From positions 416,001 through 480,000 of the forward strand of contig CM000150.2 in NCBI GenBank assembly GCA_000004695.1: a stretch of 64,000 nt of DNA. Direction: 5' to 3'. The notes under the pieces were generated by a model. That model made no database searches. It was not told the DNA's origin and saw only the letters and a list, made by a program, of their open reading frames with translations. The position numbers and the translations under genes were made by a program. Below, piece by piece: positions 62,881 through 64,000 of this stretch (position 1 is the stretch's first letter; every line of letters starts with the position of its first letter). Source of the DNA: Dictyostelium discoideum (Eukaryota).

Positions 62881-63414
62881 TTTAGTTGTTGAATTACCAG
62901 CAGATGTAGTTGTTGTTGTAGTTATTGTTGTTGTTGTAGTTGCAGCTGGTGGTGGTGGTGGTGGTGGAGGTGAAGATTGAAATTTGGTATTTAATGGAGT
63001 TGGATATGTAGGAATTGAAAATGTTGGTATTGTAGTTTTTAAAGTTTGTGGTGAAAGATGTTCAGGTTGGAATAAAAGTGGTGATTGTAATTGTATTTCA
63101 ATTGGATTAATTTCTGTATTTGAATCAATTGTGGTACTGGTGTTGGGGGTGGTGTTGGGGGTGGTGGTTAAAGGTTGTAAAAATATATTTGGTGAGGTTG
63201 GACATTTTAAATCTGGTGAAAAATGTTTGATATCAACATTCATAATTTCATTGGTATTTACAATTGGAAAGACTGAAAAATTAACAAATTCGTGTGTTCT
63301 TTGAATAGATGGAGAATCGGTTTTTCTACTTTTTAAATCCGATGACTTTGTTGTGGAAATGTCAGTTGGAAACTCTTGCGAGATTTGTTTACCTTCATGT
63401 AATTGATAATCCAT
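60398..63414 (-). CDS. GATA-type zinc-finger transcription factor, 3 exons (62740..63414, 62555..62661, 60398..62474). The single GATA finger is split by an intron. The rest is Ser/Thr/Asn/Gln-rich low complexity.
   Basis: Exon 1 ATG(63414)...'VLENVPIKR' ends at donor GTATGT (62739). Exon 2 (acceptor TTAAG| at 62662) encodes 'THRRRSANIDKDSLKCYQCNTSNTPEWRKGPEGPA' plus 2 nt, ending at donor GTATGT (62554). Exon 3 (acceptor AATAG| at 62475) completes 'T LCNACGLAYAKKQK...', giving C-x2-C-x18-C-x2-C followed by the basic tail, the GATA finger signature. Confidence 0.75.
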
Positions 63415-64000
63415 TTTTTTTTATTTTTTTAATTTTGTTTTTTTTTTTTTTGTTTATTTAATTTTTAAGTTTTGTATAAATTTTTTAATTTTATTTTTTT
63501 TTATATTTTTTTTATATTTTTTTTTTTTTAATTGGTAATTTTTTTTTTAAAAAAATGTTATTATTAATAATAATAATAAAAATGAAATATTAAAATAAAA
63601 AAAATAAAAAAAATATTAAAATTTAAATTATATTGGAATTAATTTAGGAAAAAAAAAAAAAAAAAAATAGTAAAAATGAAATATTGAAAAAAAAAAAAAA
63701 AATGCGAATTAAAATTAAAAAAAAAATAGTTTCAATGAAAGATTAAATTATGAAGAAAGAAGAGGTCCCTATTTGTTTAAAAATTTTAAAATTATTTTTT
63801 TTTATTAAAGGTTTTTTTGAGAAAAAAAAAAAAAAAAAAAAAAAAAAAACCAGAAGTTTATAAATATAATTGTTTTCTTTTGATTAAAAAAAATAATAAT
63901 TTGATTTATGAATTTTATTTTTGGAGTGATAGATTTGGTTTTTTTTTATTTATTTATTATTATTATATAAATAAATAATTGTTTGGTTTTTTTTTTTAAT

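Overview
This window is eukaryotic nuclear DNA with the hallmarks of Dictyostelium discoideum (social amoeba). It is roughly 78-80% AT, with extremely AT-rich intergenic and intron sequence, (AAT)n/(CAA)n tracts encoding poly-Asn/poly-Gln, short GT..AG introns, and an unmistakable mitochondrial ADP/ATP carrier gene (ancA). It is not prokaryotic: I see no operons, CRISPR arrays or defence islands, and nothing resembling a novel multi-gene system. What it contains is a set of individually interesting loci, listed in the findings. Supported gene content, left to right:
- 1-538 (+): 3' end of an M20 peptidase gene.
- 596-1778 (-) and 4108-5374 (-): two paralogous 2-exon genes for secreted Cys-rich proteins with Ser/Pro/Thr spacers and hydrophobic (GPI-like) tails.
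- 14690-15790 (-): a third, decayed copy of that family, with an in-frame stop inside the signal peptide and at least two frameshifts.
- 8007-9518 (+): ancA, 4 exons including an 11-nt micro-exon. A degenerate copy of its exon3/intron3 junction lies about 550 bp downstream.
- 11853-14458 (+): a 4-exon DNase II-like gene with both HxK motifs. It is arranged head-to-head with an ill-defined minus-strand gene fragment at 10062-11479.
- 18272-19920 (+): a 1.65 kb gene interrupted by two homopolymer frameshifts and one in-frame stop.
- 20026-21354 (-): a Cys-rich secreted protein.
- 23137-24790 (+): a 2-exon BBE-like FAD oxidase.
- 25560-26750 (-): a decayed SNF2-helicase pseudogene (helicase-C motifs still recognisable).
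- 27514-28929 (+): a type-II membrane sulfotransferase (heparan-sulfate sulfotransferase-like PAPS-binding motifs).
- 29092-30321 (-): an alpha/beta hydrolase.
- 31319-32059 (-): a small His-rich multi-pass membrane protein, containing either a 55-nt intron or a frameshift.
- 32542-32614 (+): a tRNA-Lys(UUU)-like element whose acceptor stem cannot pair, followed by a 19-nt direct repeat.
- 32892-35792 (+): a 966-aa Asn-rich orphan ORF.
- 35992-38102 (-): a 2-exon gene encoding three Myb repeats.
- 38.1-49.0 kb: a 10.9 kb gene-free divergent intergenic region with GT/G-rich islands.
- 48992-58183 (+): a 9.2 kb single-exon SWR1/Domino/p400-like ATPase (HSA, split SNF2 ATPase, SANT) with enormous poly-Q/poly-N tracts.
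- 60398-63414 (-): a 3-exon GATA zinc-finger gene whose finger is split by an intron.
All calls rest on manual translation and splice-site reading. Intron boundaries are inferred from GT..AG signals and reading-frame continuity, and need cDNA or RNA-seq confirmation.
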